Shown here: in pieces, positions 53,067-62,844 of the stretch
How positions within the stretch are numbered: position 1 is the stretch's first letter
Layout of the letters: every line of letters begins with the position of its first letter
Assembly (NCBI GenBank): GCA_016794565.1
Contig: JAEUHQ010000059.1
Span: 16,723-80,722, forward strand
Reading direction: 5' to 3'
DNA from: Planctomycetota bacterium
Lineage (GTDB): Bacteria; Planctomycetota; UBA1135; UBA2386
Length of the DNA stretch: 64,000 bases
Notes under the pieces: generated by a model
The model's database searches: none
Seen by the model: only the letters and a program-made list of their open reading frames with translations
Told to the model about the DNA's origin: nothing
Position numbers and translations under genes: made by a program

Positions 53067-55324
53067 CGGCCTCCTTCAGGGGGATCCACGTCGTGCAAGG
53101 CCTGCTGCAGACGCAGCCGGAGGTTGTCGTCCCGTTCCTGCGCGACCAGCGTTCGCAACGCCGCGATCGCGCGGCTGCTGCCGATCGTGCGCAGCGTGGC
53201 GATGATCTGCACGCGTCGGTTCGTGTGTCTCGAGATGAGTCCGATGCTGACGCGTTCGAGCCACCCCGACTGACCGTACGCTTCCTCCAACCCGGGCACC
53301 GCGACGTCGCCGATGGCGACGAGGATGGCGCGCAGTTCGTCGTCGAGGAGCGTCGGTTCCGGGCCGAAGCTCGCACACAAACGTCCCGTCGATGCGGATC
53401 CGAGCGAACGCAGGACCGCGGCCAGACGCGCGCGCTCGCCCGCGGAGATCTCGAGGTCGGTGTAGGCGCCGAGCACGTGGTCGAGGACCTGCGTGCCGAG
53501 GGCCACCAGGAGGCCCTGGGCGTGGTCCGCCAGCGTGTCGTCGCCGAGGGCTCCGATCAGCGCTTCCGTCGTCGAACGCGACGCACCGCGCCGCAGCAGC
53601 ACCTGCCGGAGCACCTCGGGATGGGATGCCCCGGGAATCGCGCGAAGGACCGCATCCTCGCGGTGGAACGCCGGCTCGAGCAGAAGGGACTCGGCGACGA
53701 AGTGACCCGGGGGCAGTGCCTGCAGGAAGCGCCGAATGACTTCGTCGTCCGTCTTGTTGAGTCGATGGACGATCTCGAGCGGCGGGAACCGCTCGAGCAC
53801 GATCTGGAACTCCGCGAGATCCGCGAGGCCGAGGAAGAAGTCGATCAGGATCTTCCGATGGTCCGGGCGCGCGGATGCGAACAACGCGCCGACGTGGGGC
53901 AGCGCAGAACGATCGAAGCCCTGCACGATGCGTCCGACGAGTGCTGCCGGCGACCGCGATCCGATCGGCAGGAGGCGGGATTGTTCGAGCGCGTCGCTCG
54001 CGGCGAAGAGCGCGGGGGCGATGGCGGGGCCCATCGCGCGCAACACGTCGATCGCCGCTTCCTGGGCGGGCCCGCTCCGGTGCCACGCCTGGCGCAACAG
54101 TTCTTCGACGGCGCGCTCCTGCAGCTCGAGCAGTTCGCCGCGCGCGGCGCGACGTCCGTCGCCTTCGCCGTCGACGAGCGATCTGACGAGTCGATGCACG
54201 TGTGCGTCGTTCACGTCGATGGCGTCCATCGTGTGGAGCGGGGATCCGATGGCGCCGACGAGCGTCGGCTCGAGGAGTCGCGCGGGGTCTGGACAGCCGC
54301 AACGCGCGCACTCAGCCGTCGCGCTCGGCAGGGGAAGATCGCAGGCGCGGCAGGTCCATCGTTCGACTCCGACGAGACCGGCGAACGTCGCCACGGGCAG
54401 ACGCGTGGGCCCCGGTGCTGTCGCCGGCAGAACGGCTCCGCGCGCGCCGATCGCCGGAAGCTGCGGAGCGTCGCTGCCGTCGCCGAGCAGCGCACGAACG
54501 GTCGCTTCGAACCCGTCCTTCCGGGCCGTGAGGCGGGCCGTCAGGGCAGGCACTTCACCGGCACTGTCGTCGAGCCGCCGCGCGTGCTGCAGCGCGACTG
54601 CGGCGCCCTCGGCATCGTCGTTCGCGAGCCGTGCATTGCCGGCCTGTGCGAACGTGCGGGCGAGGTCGCTGCGCAGATGCGAACGGCGCGGGCCGTCGCG
54701 CAGCAGGTCGAGCAGCCGCCTCCCCGCGACCGAAGCCCCTTCGAAGTCCCCGCACTGCAGCCGCGCCCGGTACACGAAGTCCCAGCCGGAGACGTGCTGA
54801 GGGGTTCGCTGCAGTACTCGCTCCGCGGCTTCCGCCGCTTCGCGCGGCATGCCGGCGCCGAGCAGGCTCCTCGCGAGCAGCAACTCGTTCTCCGCGCTCT
54901 CGACGCCGAAGGCGCGCTGCAAGTACAGGTGCTGGGTGTGCGCTTCTTCGGGACGGCCGAGTTCGGCGAGGACCTTGCCGAAGAGCAGCCGTGCGTAGTG
55001 ATTCTCCGGATCCGTCTCGACGACCCGCTGCAGGCGCCCGTGCGCTCCCTTCAGATCGCCGTGCAACGCCTGTTCGACGCCGAGCAGGTAGTCGGCGAGC
55101 GCCTGGCGGCTCTTGGCTCCGGTCACGAGGCGTGCGAGGCGCCACCACACGAACAGCACGGCCGTGAGGATGGTGACGGCGAGCAGTGTCTCCACGACGC
55201 CGGGTTGCCGCACGAAGTCGAAGAAGGCCGACCACCAGGATGCATCGGCACGACGGTTCTGCGGTCCGTTTCCGGTGAGCGGCGCCGCCCTGCAGATCGC
55301 CAGACCCGCGCCGATCGCACTCAC
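53063..55324 (-). CDS. LapB/YciM-like TM-TPR-zinc-ribbon protein fused to a C-terminal HEAT-like domain
   Basis: 753 aa. GTG 55324 overlaps the ddl stop (GTGA). It has a TM helix (LLAVTILTAVLFVWW), TPR-like repeats and a rubredoxin-like WTCRACDLPLPSATAECARCGC. About 380 further aa carry HEAT-like repeats (AIDVLRAMGPAIAP..., IATLRTIGSSRAIAALRTL). Confidence 0.7.
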   Translation of the reverse strand: MSAIGAGLAICRAAPLTGNGPQNRRADASWWSAFFDFVRQPGVVETLLAVTILTAVLFVWWRLARLVTGAKSRQALADYLLGVEQALHGDLKGAHGRLQRVVETDPENHYARLLFGKVLAELGRPEEAHTQHLYLQRAFGVESAENELLLARSLLGAGMPREAAEAAERVLQRTPQHVSGWDFVYRARLQCGDFEGASVAGRRLLDLLRDGPRRSHLRSDLARTFAQAGNARLANDDAEGAAVALQHARRLDDSAGEVPALTARLTARKDGFEATVRALLGDGSDAPQLPAIGARGAVLPATAPGPTRLPVATFAGLVGVERWTCRACDLPLPSATAECARCGCPDPARLLEPTLVGAIGSPLHTMDAIDVNDAHVHRLVRSLVDGEGDGRRAARGELLELQERAVEELLRQAWHRSGPAQEAAIDVLRAMGPAIAPALFAASDALEQSRLLPIGSRSPAALVGRIVQGFDRSALPHVGALFASARPDHRKILIDFFLGLADLAEFQIVLERFPPLEIVHRLNKTDDEVIRRFLQALPPGHFVAESLLLEPAFHREDAVLRAIPGASHPEVLRQVLLRRGASRSTTEALIGALGDDTLADHAQGLLVALGTQVLDHVLGAYTDLEISAGERARLAAVLRSLGSASTGRLCASFGPEPTLLDDELRAILVAIGDVAVPGLEEAYGQSGWLERVSIGLISRHTNRRVQIIATLRTIGSSRAIAALRTLVAQERDDNLRLRLQQALHDVDPPEGGR

Positions 55325-56436
55325 GCGGAGATCGACGCGCCTCCGTCGAGCGTCGTGCGACGATCCGCGCCTCCACGGGCCGACTCCCCGACCGTGCCGT
55401 TGCGTCGCTCGAGCGCGAGCGCGAGAAGGCGGTCGAGCAAGGCGGAGAACGAGAGACCGGCGGCGGCGGCCGCCTTCGGCAGGAGGCTCGTCTGGGTGAG
55501 TCCGGGCAGGGTGTTCACTTCGAGAACGACGGGTCCGTTCGGCGTCACGATCATGTCGGTGCGCGACATCCCGTCGCAGACCAGGGTTTCATGGCAGCGC
55601 ACGGCGAGATCTTGCACGTGGTCGATCTGCTGCTGGGAGAGCCCGCGCGGCGGCACGATCTCTTCGCTCGCGCCGGGCCGGTACTTCGCCTCGTGGGTGA
55701 ACCAGCCGTCGCACTGCGGATAGATGCCGACCGGCGGCAGGGCCTGCAGGGGACCACCGGTGTTACCGAGGACTGCCACGGTGATCTCTTCGCCACGAAC
55801 CTCGGATTCGGCGAACCAGCGGCGGAACCGCCCGCGGAATTCACCGAGGAACGTCGCGAGTTGCTCCTCCGACTCGATGCGTTGCACGCCGAACGTGCTG
55901 CCCGACGCATCAACCTTCACGAATGCGGGGAGACCGACGGCGGCGCGCATCCGCGCGAACTCGGCCGGCGCACCGGCGGCCGCGAACGGACCCGACGGCT
56001 CGTACGCGCGTGCGAGCGGAATGCCCGCGGACTGCAGGGCCTGCCGCGTGCGGATCTTGTCCATTGCGACGGCGGAAGCGGCGCAGCCGCTGCCGACACA
56101 CGGCACGTCGTGCAGTTCGAGCATGCCCTGCACCGTGCCGTCTTCGCCGTGCGGTCCGTGCAGTACGGGGAGAACGACAGCGATGCCCTGGTCGAGCAGC
56201 CAGCCGAGTGCGGACCCCGGGCGCATCGCACGACCGTGCACCGCACCGATCCTCGGTTGCCACGCTGCGCCGGGCGGCAGGGGGCGCGCGCTCGGCCACC
56301 AGCCGCCGTCGCGATCGAGGAAGACCGGCCACACGCGCCAGCGCGAGCGATCGAGGTGTCGCAGCACTTCTGCCGTCGAAGACAGCGAGATGTCGTGTTC
56401 CGGCGATCGGCCGCCGGCGAGAACCGCAACGTCCAT
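55321..56436 (-). CDS. ddl: D-alanine--D-alanine ligase
   Basis: 371 aa from ATG 56436 (MDVAVLAGGRSPEHDISL), preceded by GGAGGG. The alternative is ATG 56469. The ATP-grasp body has PVLHGPHGEDGTVQG and LEVNTLPGLT. Confidence 0.93.
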   Translation of the reverse strand: MDVAVLAGGRSPEHDISLSSTAEVLRHLDRSRWRVWPVFLDRDGGWWPSARPLPPGAAWQPRIGAVHGRAMRPGSALGWLLDQGIAVVLPVLHGPHGEDGTVQGMLELHDVPCVGSGCAASAVAMDKIRTRQALQSAGIPLARAYEPSGPFAAAGAPAEFARMRAAVGLPAFVKVDASGSTFGVQRIESEEQLATFLGEFRGRFRRWFAESEVRGEEITVAVLGNTGGPLQALPPVGIYPQCDGWFTHEAKYRPGASEEIVPPRGLSQQQIDHVQDLAVRCHETLVCDGMSRTDMIVTPNGPVVLEVNTLPGLTQTSLLPKAAAAAGLSFSALLDRLLALALERRNGTVGESARGGADRRTTLDGGASISA

Positions 56437-56508
56437 GGCATCACCCTCCGCGGTGAAGGGCGAGAGCATAGGCGGCGGCCGTGTGCGCGCGAGAACGGAT
56501 CGGCGCCG

Positions 56509-57444
56509 TCAACGCGCGTTTGCCCCGGGCCACAGCACGCCGGTCGCCGCCGCAGCTCCCCACAGGATCGCGTCGGAGCCCCCGAGGCTCGGTGCGAACC
56601 GCAGACCGCCGTGGATCGCCGCGCCAGTGTTCGCGCGCACGTGCTCTTCGATCGTCGAGCGCAGCGCAGGCCAGCCCGACAGCACGCCGCCGCCCAGCAC
56701 GAGCGCACCCGGGTTCAGGAGCGTGCACGCGTTCTCCGCGAGGGTGCATGCCGCGAGACGCGCATCCGTCAGGATGACTCGTGCAGCCGGGTTGCCCGCC
56801 TCCGCAGCGCGCACGACCTTGCCGACGTCCCACGCGCCCTCGGCGTGAATGCCGACCTCCGCGGCAGCACGCTCGACGATCGCGCGACCGCCGCAGTAGG
56901 CCTCGAAGTGGCCTGTGCCGCCGCACGGGCACGGGCGGCCGCCGGGCACGAAGGTCGTGTGACCGATCTCGCCTGCGGCGTTCGTCGCGCCGCCGTACGG
57001 CCGTCCGCCCACCACCACGCCGATGCCGATGCCCGTGCCGAAGAAGAGGCACAGCAACGGATCGGCACCCACGGCGTGGCCGCGCAGGAACTCGCCGAGT
57101 GCACTCGCCCGCCCGTCGTTCAGCAACGTGGTCGGCAGGCCGAAACGTGACTCGACGTGCTCGCCGAGCGGGAACCCGTCGAGCGGCAGATTCGGCGCGC
57201 GGTCGATCGCGCGACCGCCGACGGGGATGACGCCCGCAGTCCCGAACCCGGCCGCCGTCGGGCGATCGAGGCCATCCGGAACCTGGCCGAGGATCGATCC
57301 GATTGCCCGGTCGAAGGCGTCGAGAAAGGCCGCGCGGTCCCGGACCGTCGCGACGTGTTGCACGCGGTGAACCGAGAAGTCCTCACCGACGAGCGCAAAG
57401 CGGCACTTGGTGCCCCCGAGGTCCCCGGCCAGGACGCTGCGCAC
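56509..57444 (-). CDS. ROK-family kinase (glucokinase-like)
   Basis: 311 aa from GTG 57444. Motifs are DLGGTKCRFALV, LNDGRASALGE, GTGIGIGVV and the ROK zinc motif GHTTFVPGGRPCPCGGTGHFEAY. Confidence 0.88.
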   Translation of the reverse strand: MRSVLAGDLGGTKCRFALVGEDFSVHRVQHVATVRDRAAFLDAFDRAIGSILGQVPDGLDRPTAAGFGTAGVIPVGGRAIDRAPNLPLDGFPLGEHVESRFGLPTTLLNDGRASALGEFLRGHAVGADPLLCLFFGTGIGIGVVVGGRPYGGATNAAGEIGHTTFVPGGRPCPCGGTGHFEAYCGGRAIVERAAAEVGIHAEGAWDVGKVVRAAEAGNPAARVILTDARLAACTLAENACTLLNPGALVLGGGVLSGWPALRSTIEEHVRANTGAAIHGGLRFAPSLGGSDAILWGAAAATGVLWPGANAR

Positions 57445-57774
57445 TCAGTCCTCCGACAGCGCTTCCATCAACTCGTCGAGCAGTCGGACGAGGTGCGAGT
57501 TCTGGTGCTCGAGCACCGTGATGCGGCGCATCACCTTCTCGACCACCGGGGGCATGAGGGTCTCGAGCACGACGCCCTTGATCATCTGGAAGATCTCGAC
57601 GCGATGCGGGCTCGTGTCCTTGTCGAAGTGGAAGTGGTAGGCGTTCTGCAGCGCCTGCGCCGTGTGGTCGAGGATCTCCTTCGTGACCTCCTGCTGCTCC
57701 TCGACGGTCATGTGGGACATCTTGAACGCTTCGACCTTGTAGCGGTGGAGCGCATCCTTCAGCTTCTTCTTCAC
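57445..57774 (-). CDS. small hypothetical protein (109 aa), Lys/Glu/His-rich
   Basis: GTG 57774 is preceded by CAGGAG with 6-nt spacing. The stop abuts the ROK start. Translation MKKKLKDALHRYKVEAFKMSHMTVEEQQEV... is helical-looking and visibly less GC-rich than its neighbours. Confidence 0.6.
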   Translation of the reverse strand: MKKKLKDALHRYKVEAFKMSHMTVEEQQEVTKEILDHTAQALQNAYHFHFDKDTSPHRVEIFQMIKGVVLETLMPPVVEKVMRRITVLEHQNSHLVRLLDELMEALSED

Positions 57775-57925
57775 GAGGAACTCCTGGCGGTAGCCTGACG
57801 GTGCGAGAGGGGGAACCTCTCCTTTCCCTACAGGCCTCCCGGCCTTTGTGCAACGGGACGGGGTGCGCGTTCAACGCGGTGTCCCCGGCCGCGGCCGAGT
57901 GGCGCGGCGGCTCGGGTCGCGACGC

Positions 57926-59164
57926 TCACACGCGCCCGACGAGCAGGCAGGTGTTGTGGCCGCCGAAGCCGAGCGAGTTGCTGATCGCGAACTGCACGCG
58001 CCGATCGCGCGCCTGGTTCGGCACGTAATCGAGATCGCACTCGGGGTCGGGCGTCTCGTAGTTGATCGTCGGATGCACGTGCCCCGTACGGATCGACATG
58101 GCGGCCGCGGCCAGTTCGATCGCGCCCGAGGCACCCAGCAGGTGCCCCACCATCGACTTCGTCGACGACACACACAGCTTCTTCGCGTGGTCGCCGAAGA
58201 CGCGCTTGATGGCGGCCGTCTCGATCTTGTCGTTCAGGTAGGTGCTGGTGCCGTGCGCATTCACGTAGTCGACGAGTTCGGGCGCGACCCGGGCATCGCG
58301 CAGCGCCATGCGCATGGCGCGCGAGGGCCCGTCGGCATCCTCGTTCGGCGCGGTGATGTGGTGTGCGTCGTCGGTCGAGCCGTAGCCGAGCAGTTCGCAG
58401 AGGATCGGGGCTCCGCGGCGCTTCGCGTGTTCGTACTCCTCGAGCACGATCGCAGCGGCGCCTTCGCCCATCACGAATCCGTCGCGGTCCTTGTCGAACG
58501 GACGCGACGCCCGCTTCGGATCGTCGTTGCGCGTCGACACGGCCTTCAGGGCGCAGAATCCGCCCAGGCCAAGCTCCGTCGTGGCGGCCTCGGATCCGCC
58601 GGTCAGCATGATGTCCGCTTCGCCCCACTGGATCGTGCGGAAGGCCATGCCGATCGCGTGGCTGGCACTCGCGCACGCCGACGAGGTCACGTAGCAGGTG
58701 CCTTGCAGGCCGAAGCGGATCGCTGCCTGGCCCGCCATGGCGTTCGCCATGATCTTCGGGATGAAGAACGGGCTGATCCGGTCGGCGCCGCGCTCGACCT
58801 GGAGCACCTTGCTCGCCTCGATCTCGTGGATGCCGCCGATGCCCGTGCCCGTGATGCAACCCGCGAGCGTGCGGTCCTGCCGGCCCATGTCGAGGCCGGA
58901 CGCCTTCATCGCCTCGTCCGCCGCGACGAGGTAGTACATCGTGAACTTCTCGAGGCGCTTCGATTCCGTCTTCGGGAAGTGCTTCTCCGTCTCCCAGTTC
59001 CAGACCTCGCAAGCGAACTTTGCCGTGTGCTTGCTCGTGTCGAAGCGGGTGATCGGCCCGGCGCCCGAGACGCCGCGGAGCATGTTGTCCCAGTTGGACG
59101 CGAGGTCGAGCCCGAGCGACGAAACCGCTCCGAGCCCGGTGATCACGACGCGACGTCCTGCCAT
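57926..59164 (-). CDS. fabF: 3-oxoacyl-ACP synthase II
   Basis: 412 aa. It has the active-site SSACASASHAIG, the HGTST and GHLLGASG (His-His) motifs, and the C-terminal SNSLGFGGHN. Confidence 0.97.
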   Translation of the reverse strand: MAGRRVVITGLGAVSSLGLDLASNWDNMLRGVSGAGPITRFDTSKHTAKFACEVWNWETEKHFPKTESKRLEKFTMYYLVAADEAMKASGLDMGRQDRTLAGCITGTGIGGIHEIEASKVLQVERGADRISPFFIPKIMANAMAGQAAIRFGLQGTCYVTSSACASASHAIGMAFRTIQWGEADIMLTGGSEAATTELGLGGFCALKAVSTRNDDPKRASRPFDKDRDGFVMGEGAAAIVLEEYEHAKRRGAPILCELLGYGSTDDAHHITAPNEDADGPSRAMRMALRDARVAPELVDYVNAHGTSTYLNDKIETAAIKRVFGDHAKKLCVSSTKSMVGHLLGASGAIELAAAAMSIRTGHVHPTINYETPDPECDLDYVPNQARDRRVQFAISNSLGFGGHNTCLLVGRV

Positions 59165-59255
59165 TGGTGTCTACTCCTCGAGGGGTGCGCGGCCGGCCCG
59201 CGACGAGGCCGCCCCCGGCGTTCCGGGGTCGCCGCCCGTGCGGACCGGGCTCGAA

Positions 59256-59501
59256 TCAGCCGAGCTTGCCGGAGATGTACTTCACCGCGTCGCCGACCGT
59301 CATGATCTTCTCGGCGTCCTCGTCCGGGATGTTGATCTCGAACTCGTCCTCGAACTCCATCACCAGTTCGACCGTGTCGAGCGAGTCGGCGCCGAGATCG
59401 TTGATGAACGATGTCTCTGCCGTGATCTTGTCCCGGGTCGTGCCCAGCTGTTCGCAGACGATGTTGTGGACGCGTTCTTCGATGTTGTCAGCCTTCGACA
59501 C
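59256..59501 (-). CDS. acpP: acyl carrier protein
   Basis: 81 aa from GTG 59501. The phosphopantetheine site is [17 protein letters not shown]. Confidence 0.97.
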   Translation of the reverse strand: MSKADNIEERVHNIVCEQLGTTRDKITAETSFINDLGADSLDTVELVMEFEDEFEINIPDEDAEKIMTVGDAVKYISGKLG

Positions 59502-59534
59502 TTGCTTGCCTCTACTGTCTTGGGAGAGTCGGTG

Positions 59535-59555
59535 CCGGCGGGAGGAACCCGCCGG
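59535..59555 (-). terminator. 8-bp GC hairpin between fabG and acpP (possible attenuator or processing site)
   Basis: CCGGCGGG-AGGAA-CCCGCCGG, read directly from the sequence. There is no U tract. Confidence 0.3.
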
Positions 59556-59571
59556 ATCTGGGAAAGCGTAG

Positions 59572-60321
59572 CTACATGGTCATGCCGCCGTCCACAACGA
59601 GCGTCTGCCCGGTGACGTACGAAGCGGCATCACTGCACAGGAACGCGGCAGCCTGGGCCACGTCCTCGGGGCGCCCGAACCGGGCGAGTGGGATCTGCTT
59701 CAGCATCGCTTCCTGGACGTCGGCGGCGAGCGAAGCGGTCATGTCCGTGGCGATGAAACCCGGTGCAATCACGTTGACCGTGACGCCGCGACCCGCAAGT
59801 TCCTGCGCCAGGGACTTGGAGAGACCGACGAGCCCCGCCTTGCTGGCGGCGTAGTTGACCTGGCCCGCGTTGCCGGTGATCCCGACGACGGAGCCGATGT
59901 TCACGATGCGGCCGGTGCGAGCCTTCGCCATCGCACGCACGAACGCCTTGCAGACGAGGAAGGTGCCCCGCAGGTTGGTGCCCAGCACCGCGTCGAAGTC
60001 TTCCGACGACATGCGCAGGAAGAGGCCGTCGCGCGTCACGCCGGCGTTGTTCACGAGGAAGTCGACCTTGCCCGCTGCAGTGAGGACCGTTTCCCCGAGC
60101 CGCTCGGCCGCCGCTGCGTCCCCGACATCGGCAACGAGCGCGCTGCCCTTCCCACTGCCTGCCGGCAGCGCGGCGATCGCCGCGAGGGTGTCCGCGCACC
60201 CGCCTTCCTTGGTCGACGTGCAGAACACGTCGGCGCCGAGCCGGGCGAACTCGACGGCGATCGCCTTGCCGATGCCGCGCGATGCGCCGGTGACGACCGC
60301 AACCTTGCCAGAGAACTGCAT
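59572..60321 (-). CDS. fabG: 3-oxoacyl-ACP reductase
   Basis: 249 aa. It has the SDR motif [16 protein letters not shown] and the catalytic [10 protein letters not shown]. Confidence 0.95.
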   Translation of the reverse strand: MQFSGKVAVVTGASRGIGKAIAVEFARLGADVFCTSTKEGGCADTLAAIAALPAGSGKGSALVADVGDAAAAERLGETVLTAAGKVDFLVNNAGVTRDGLFLRMSSEDFDAVLGTNLRGTFLVCKAFVRAMAKARTGRIVNIGSVVGITGNAGQVNYAASKAGLVGLSKSLAQELAGRGVTVNVIAPGFIATDMTASLAADVQEAMLKQIPLARFGRPEDVAQAAAFLCSDAASYVTGQTLVVDGGMTM

Positions 60322-60390
60322 GCGTGCTTTCCGTTCGCTTCGGGTCGGGTTGTTGGATCTGCGCCGTTCTCGAGTTTCCGCCGCGTCCGC

Positions 60391-61380
60391 TCACCAGCGC
60401 AGCAACAGGTGGCCCCAGGCCATCCCGGCACCGAACGCCGGCATGACGATCAGCTTGCCCTTCTGCAGTCGGCCCGCGTCGCGCGCTTCCGTCAAGGCGA
60501 TCGGCACCGACGCCGCGGACGTGTTGCCGTAGCGGTCGATGTTGCTGAAGACCAGGTCCATCGGAAGGCCGACCTGCTCCATCGCTGCCTCGATGATCCG
60601 CTGGTTCACCTGGTGCGGGACGATGAGGCCGATCTGGTCGCGGCCGTATTGATCGAGCACTTTCTGCACCAGTTCGGCGAACACCCGCACCGCGAAGCGG
60701 AACACCTTCGTGCCCCCCATCTTCATGTAGTGCAGACCCTCGGCGACGGTCCGGTTCGATGCCGGGTAGCGGCTGCCGCCGCCCGGTTGTGCGAGGATGC
60801 CTTCGGAGCCGCCCTCCATGCTGATCGAACCGCCGAGGAACTCGCCGCGGCCGGCCCGCTCCAGCGACGTGTACAGCGCGGCGCCGGCGCCGTCGCCGAA
60901 CAGCACGCACGTGTTGCGATCCTTGTAGTCGAGGATGCGGCTCAGGATCTCCGCGCCGATGACCAGCACGTTGCGGAACTGGCCCGACTGGATGAAGCGT
61001 GCCGCGACCTGCGAGGTGAACACGAAGCCACTGCACGCCGCGGCGATGTCGAAGCCGCCGGCGTTCTTCGCCCCGAGATCGAGGCCGACGCGGCAGGCCG
61101 TCGCGGGGAACGGCTGGTCGCCGGTTACCGTCGCGCACAGGATGAGGTCGAGATCCTCGGGCGCCATCCGGGCCTCCGCGAGTGCTGACTTCGCGGCCTC
61201 GATCGCCAGCGTGCTCGTGACCTGACCCTCGCCCGCGATCCGTCGTTCGCGGATCCCGGTGCGCTGCACGATCCACTCGTCCGACGTGTCGACCATCTTC
61301 TCGAGGTCGTGGTTCGTCAGGCGACGCTCGGGCACGAAGCGACCGAGTCCGGCGAGACCGACGGGGATCGACGTGCTCAT
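60391..61380 (-). CDS. fabH: 3-oxoacyl-ACP synthase III
   Basis: 329 aa. Motifs are DEWIVQRTGIRERR, active-site AACSGFVF, HQVNQRII and GNTSAASVP. Confidence 0.95.
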   Translation of the reverse strand: MSTSIPVGLAGLGRFVPERRLTNHDLEKMVDTSDEWIVQRTGIRERRIAGEGQVTSTLAIEAAKSALAEARMAPEDLDLILCATVTGDQPFPATACRVGLDLGAKNAGGFDIAAACSGFVFTSQVAARFIQSGQFRNVLVIGAEILSRILDYKDRNTCVLFGDGAGAALYTSLERAGRGEFLGGSISMEGGSEGILAQPGGGSRYPASNRTVAEGLHYMKMGGTKVFRFAVRVFAELVQKVLDQYGRDQIGLIVPHQVNQRIIEAAMEQVGLPMDLVFSNIDRYGNTSAASVPIALTEARDAGRLQKGKLIVMPAFGAGMAWGHLLLRW

Positions 61381-61399
61381 GCGAGTTGGACCGCGGAGG

Positions 61400-62416
61400 T
61401 CATCCGTTGGATTCGGGCGTCGGCTGCGCGAGCGACCGCGCTGCCTGGACGATGTGCAGGTTCACCTCCGCCTCGAGGGCTCGGAGCGCGAAGCGGATCG
61501 CGTTCGCGAACGCCAGAGCGTGCGAGCGGCCGTGGCAGATGGTGACGATGCCGTCGACGCCGAGCAGCAGGGCACCGCCGTACTCCGAGAAGTCGACGCG
61601 CGGCAGCATCTCCGCCTGCACGGCCTTGATCTTGGCACCGTCGACTCCGTTCTTCTTCATCAGGCCGTAGGCGGTCCGGAGCACGTATTCCGCGACGCCC
61701 TCGCTGACCTTGAGCAGCACGTTGCCCGTGAACCCGTCGGTCACGACGACGTGGCAGTCGCCGGAGAAGACCTCGACACCCTCCACGTTGCCGTGGAAGT
61801 TGATCGGCAACTGCTTCATCAAGGCGCGCGCCTCGCGCACCAGCGGGTTGCCCTTCAGCTCCTCGCTGCCGATGTTGAGGATCCCGACCCGCGGCTGCGC
61901 GACGCCGAGAGTGCCGCCGTAGTAGGCCGACCCCATGATCGCGTACTGGGCGAGGTGGTGCGCCTTGGGTTGCGGGTTCGCGCCGACGTCGACGACGAGG
62001 AACGGGTGCTTTTCGCCGGCGATGATCGCCCCGATCGCGGGACGCCGGATCCCCTCGAGGCACCCGAGCCCCAGGGTCGCGGATGCGACGACGGTGCCGG
62101 TCGACCCGGCGCTCACGAAGGCGCCGGCCACGCCCTGCTTCACGAGCTGCAGGCCAACGGCCACGCTGTTCTTCGGCTTCTTCCTCGCCGCGTCGATCGG
62201 CGTGTCGTCGCACGAGAGGACATCGGGGGCGTCGTGAACCTCGATGCCCGGCGGCAGCCCCTGGGTGCGCAGTTCCTGGAGGACCTGTTCGCGCGGCCCG
62301 GTGAGAAGCACCTGCTCGGGCTTCACGAATCCGCGGCTGATCGCCAGGGCAACGCCGGCCACGGTCTCCTTCGGAGCGTGGTCGCCACCGACAGCATCGA
62401 GCACAACCTTCGTCAC
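61400..62416 (-). CDS. plsX: phosphate acyltransferase PlsX
   Basis: 338 aa from GTG 62416 (VTKVVLDAVGGDHAP). GNVLLK and the typical PlsX order are present. The upstream part of the track ORF is discarded. Confidence 0.93.
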   Translation of the reverse strand: MTKVVLDAVGGDHAPKETVAGVALAISRGFVKPEQVLLTGPREQVLQELRTQGLPPGIEVHDAPDVLSCDDTPIDAARKKPKNSVAVGLQLVKQGVAGAFVSAGSTGTVVASATLGLGCLEGIRRPAIGAIIAGEKHPFLVVDVGANPQPKAHHLAQYAIMGSAYYGGTLGVAQPRVGILNIGSEELKGNPLVREARALMKQLPINFHGNVEGVEVFSGDCHVVVTDGFTGNVLLKVSEGVAEYVLRTAYGLMKKNGVDGAKIKAVQAEMLPRVDFSEYGGALLLGVDGIVTICHGRSHALAFANAIRFALRALEAEVNLHIVQAARSLAQPTPESNG

Positions 62417-62567
62417 CGCGAGCCTCCGCAGGATCCAAGCCGTTCTTGCCAGCCGGGCGACCGCGGAGAACTCCGCCGGTCCTTCGCCGCGGCTGGCGAC
62501 TGCGACCCGAGAACCCACCCGCCGCGGACCGCCTCGGCCCGGACGGGTGCGCACACTCCGGACACGG

Positions 62568-62750
62568 TCAGCCGTTCTCGGCGAGAACGATCTGTCGGCC
62601 TCGGTAGTGGCCGCACGCCTTGCAGACGGTGTGCGGACGGATCATCGCGCCGCAGTGTGTGCAGCGGACGAGTTGCGCACGGGTCAGGGCGAGATGCGCA
62701 CGACGGTGGCCCTTGCTCGCGCGGCTCAGTTTTCTCTTCGGATTTGCCAT
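62568..62750 (-). CDS. rpmF: 50S ribosomal protein L32
   Basis: 60 aa. MANPKRKLSRASKGHRRAH... with CxxC...CxxC (CTHCG...CKACG). Confidence 0.95.
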   Translation of the reverse strand: MANPKRKLSRASKGHRRAHLALTRAQLVRCTHCGAMIRPHTVCKACGHYRGRQIVLAENG

Positions 62751-62816
62751 GGTGGTTGCCGCGGTCTCAGCCTGGACGGGCCGCGCACCGGGTTCGGTCG
62801 ATTGGAAAGGGCGGGT

Positions 62817-62844
62817 AGCCTACGAACGCGCTGCGCGAAGTCAA
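62817..62844 (-). promoter_or_regulatory. candidate sigma-70-type promoter for rpmF
   Basis: The minus strand reads TTGACT-16 nt-TAGGCT. The -10 element ends about 67 nt upstream of the rpmF ATG. Pattern match only. Confidence 0.3.

Noticed and set aside
52964-55723. 919-aa plus-strand ORF
   Set aside because: It is antisense to the LapB-like gene and to the ddl 3' end. There are no motifs, and this is a high-GC shadow frame.
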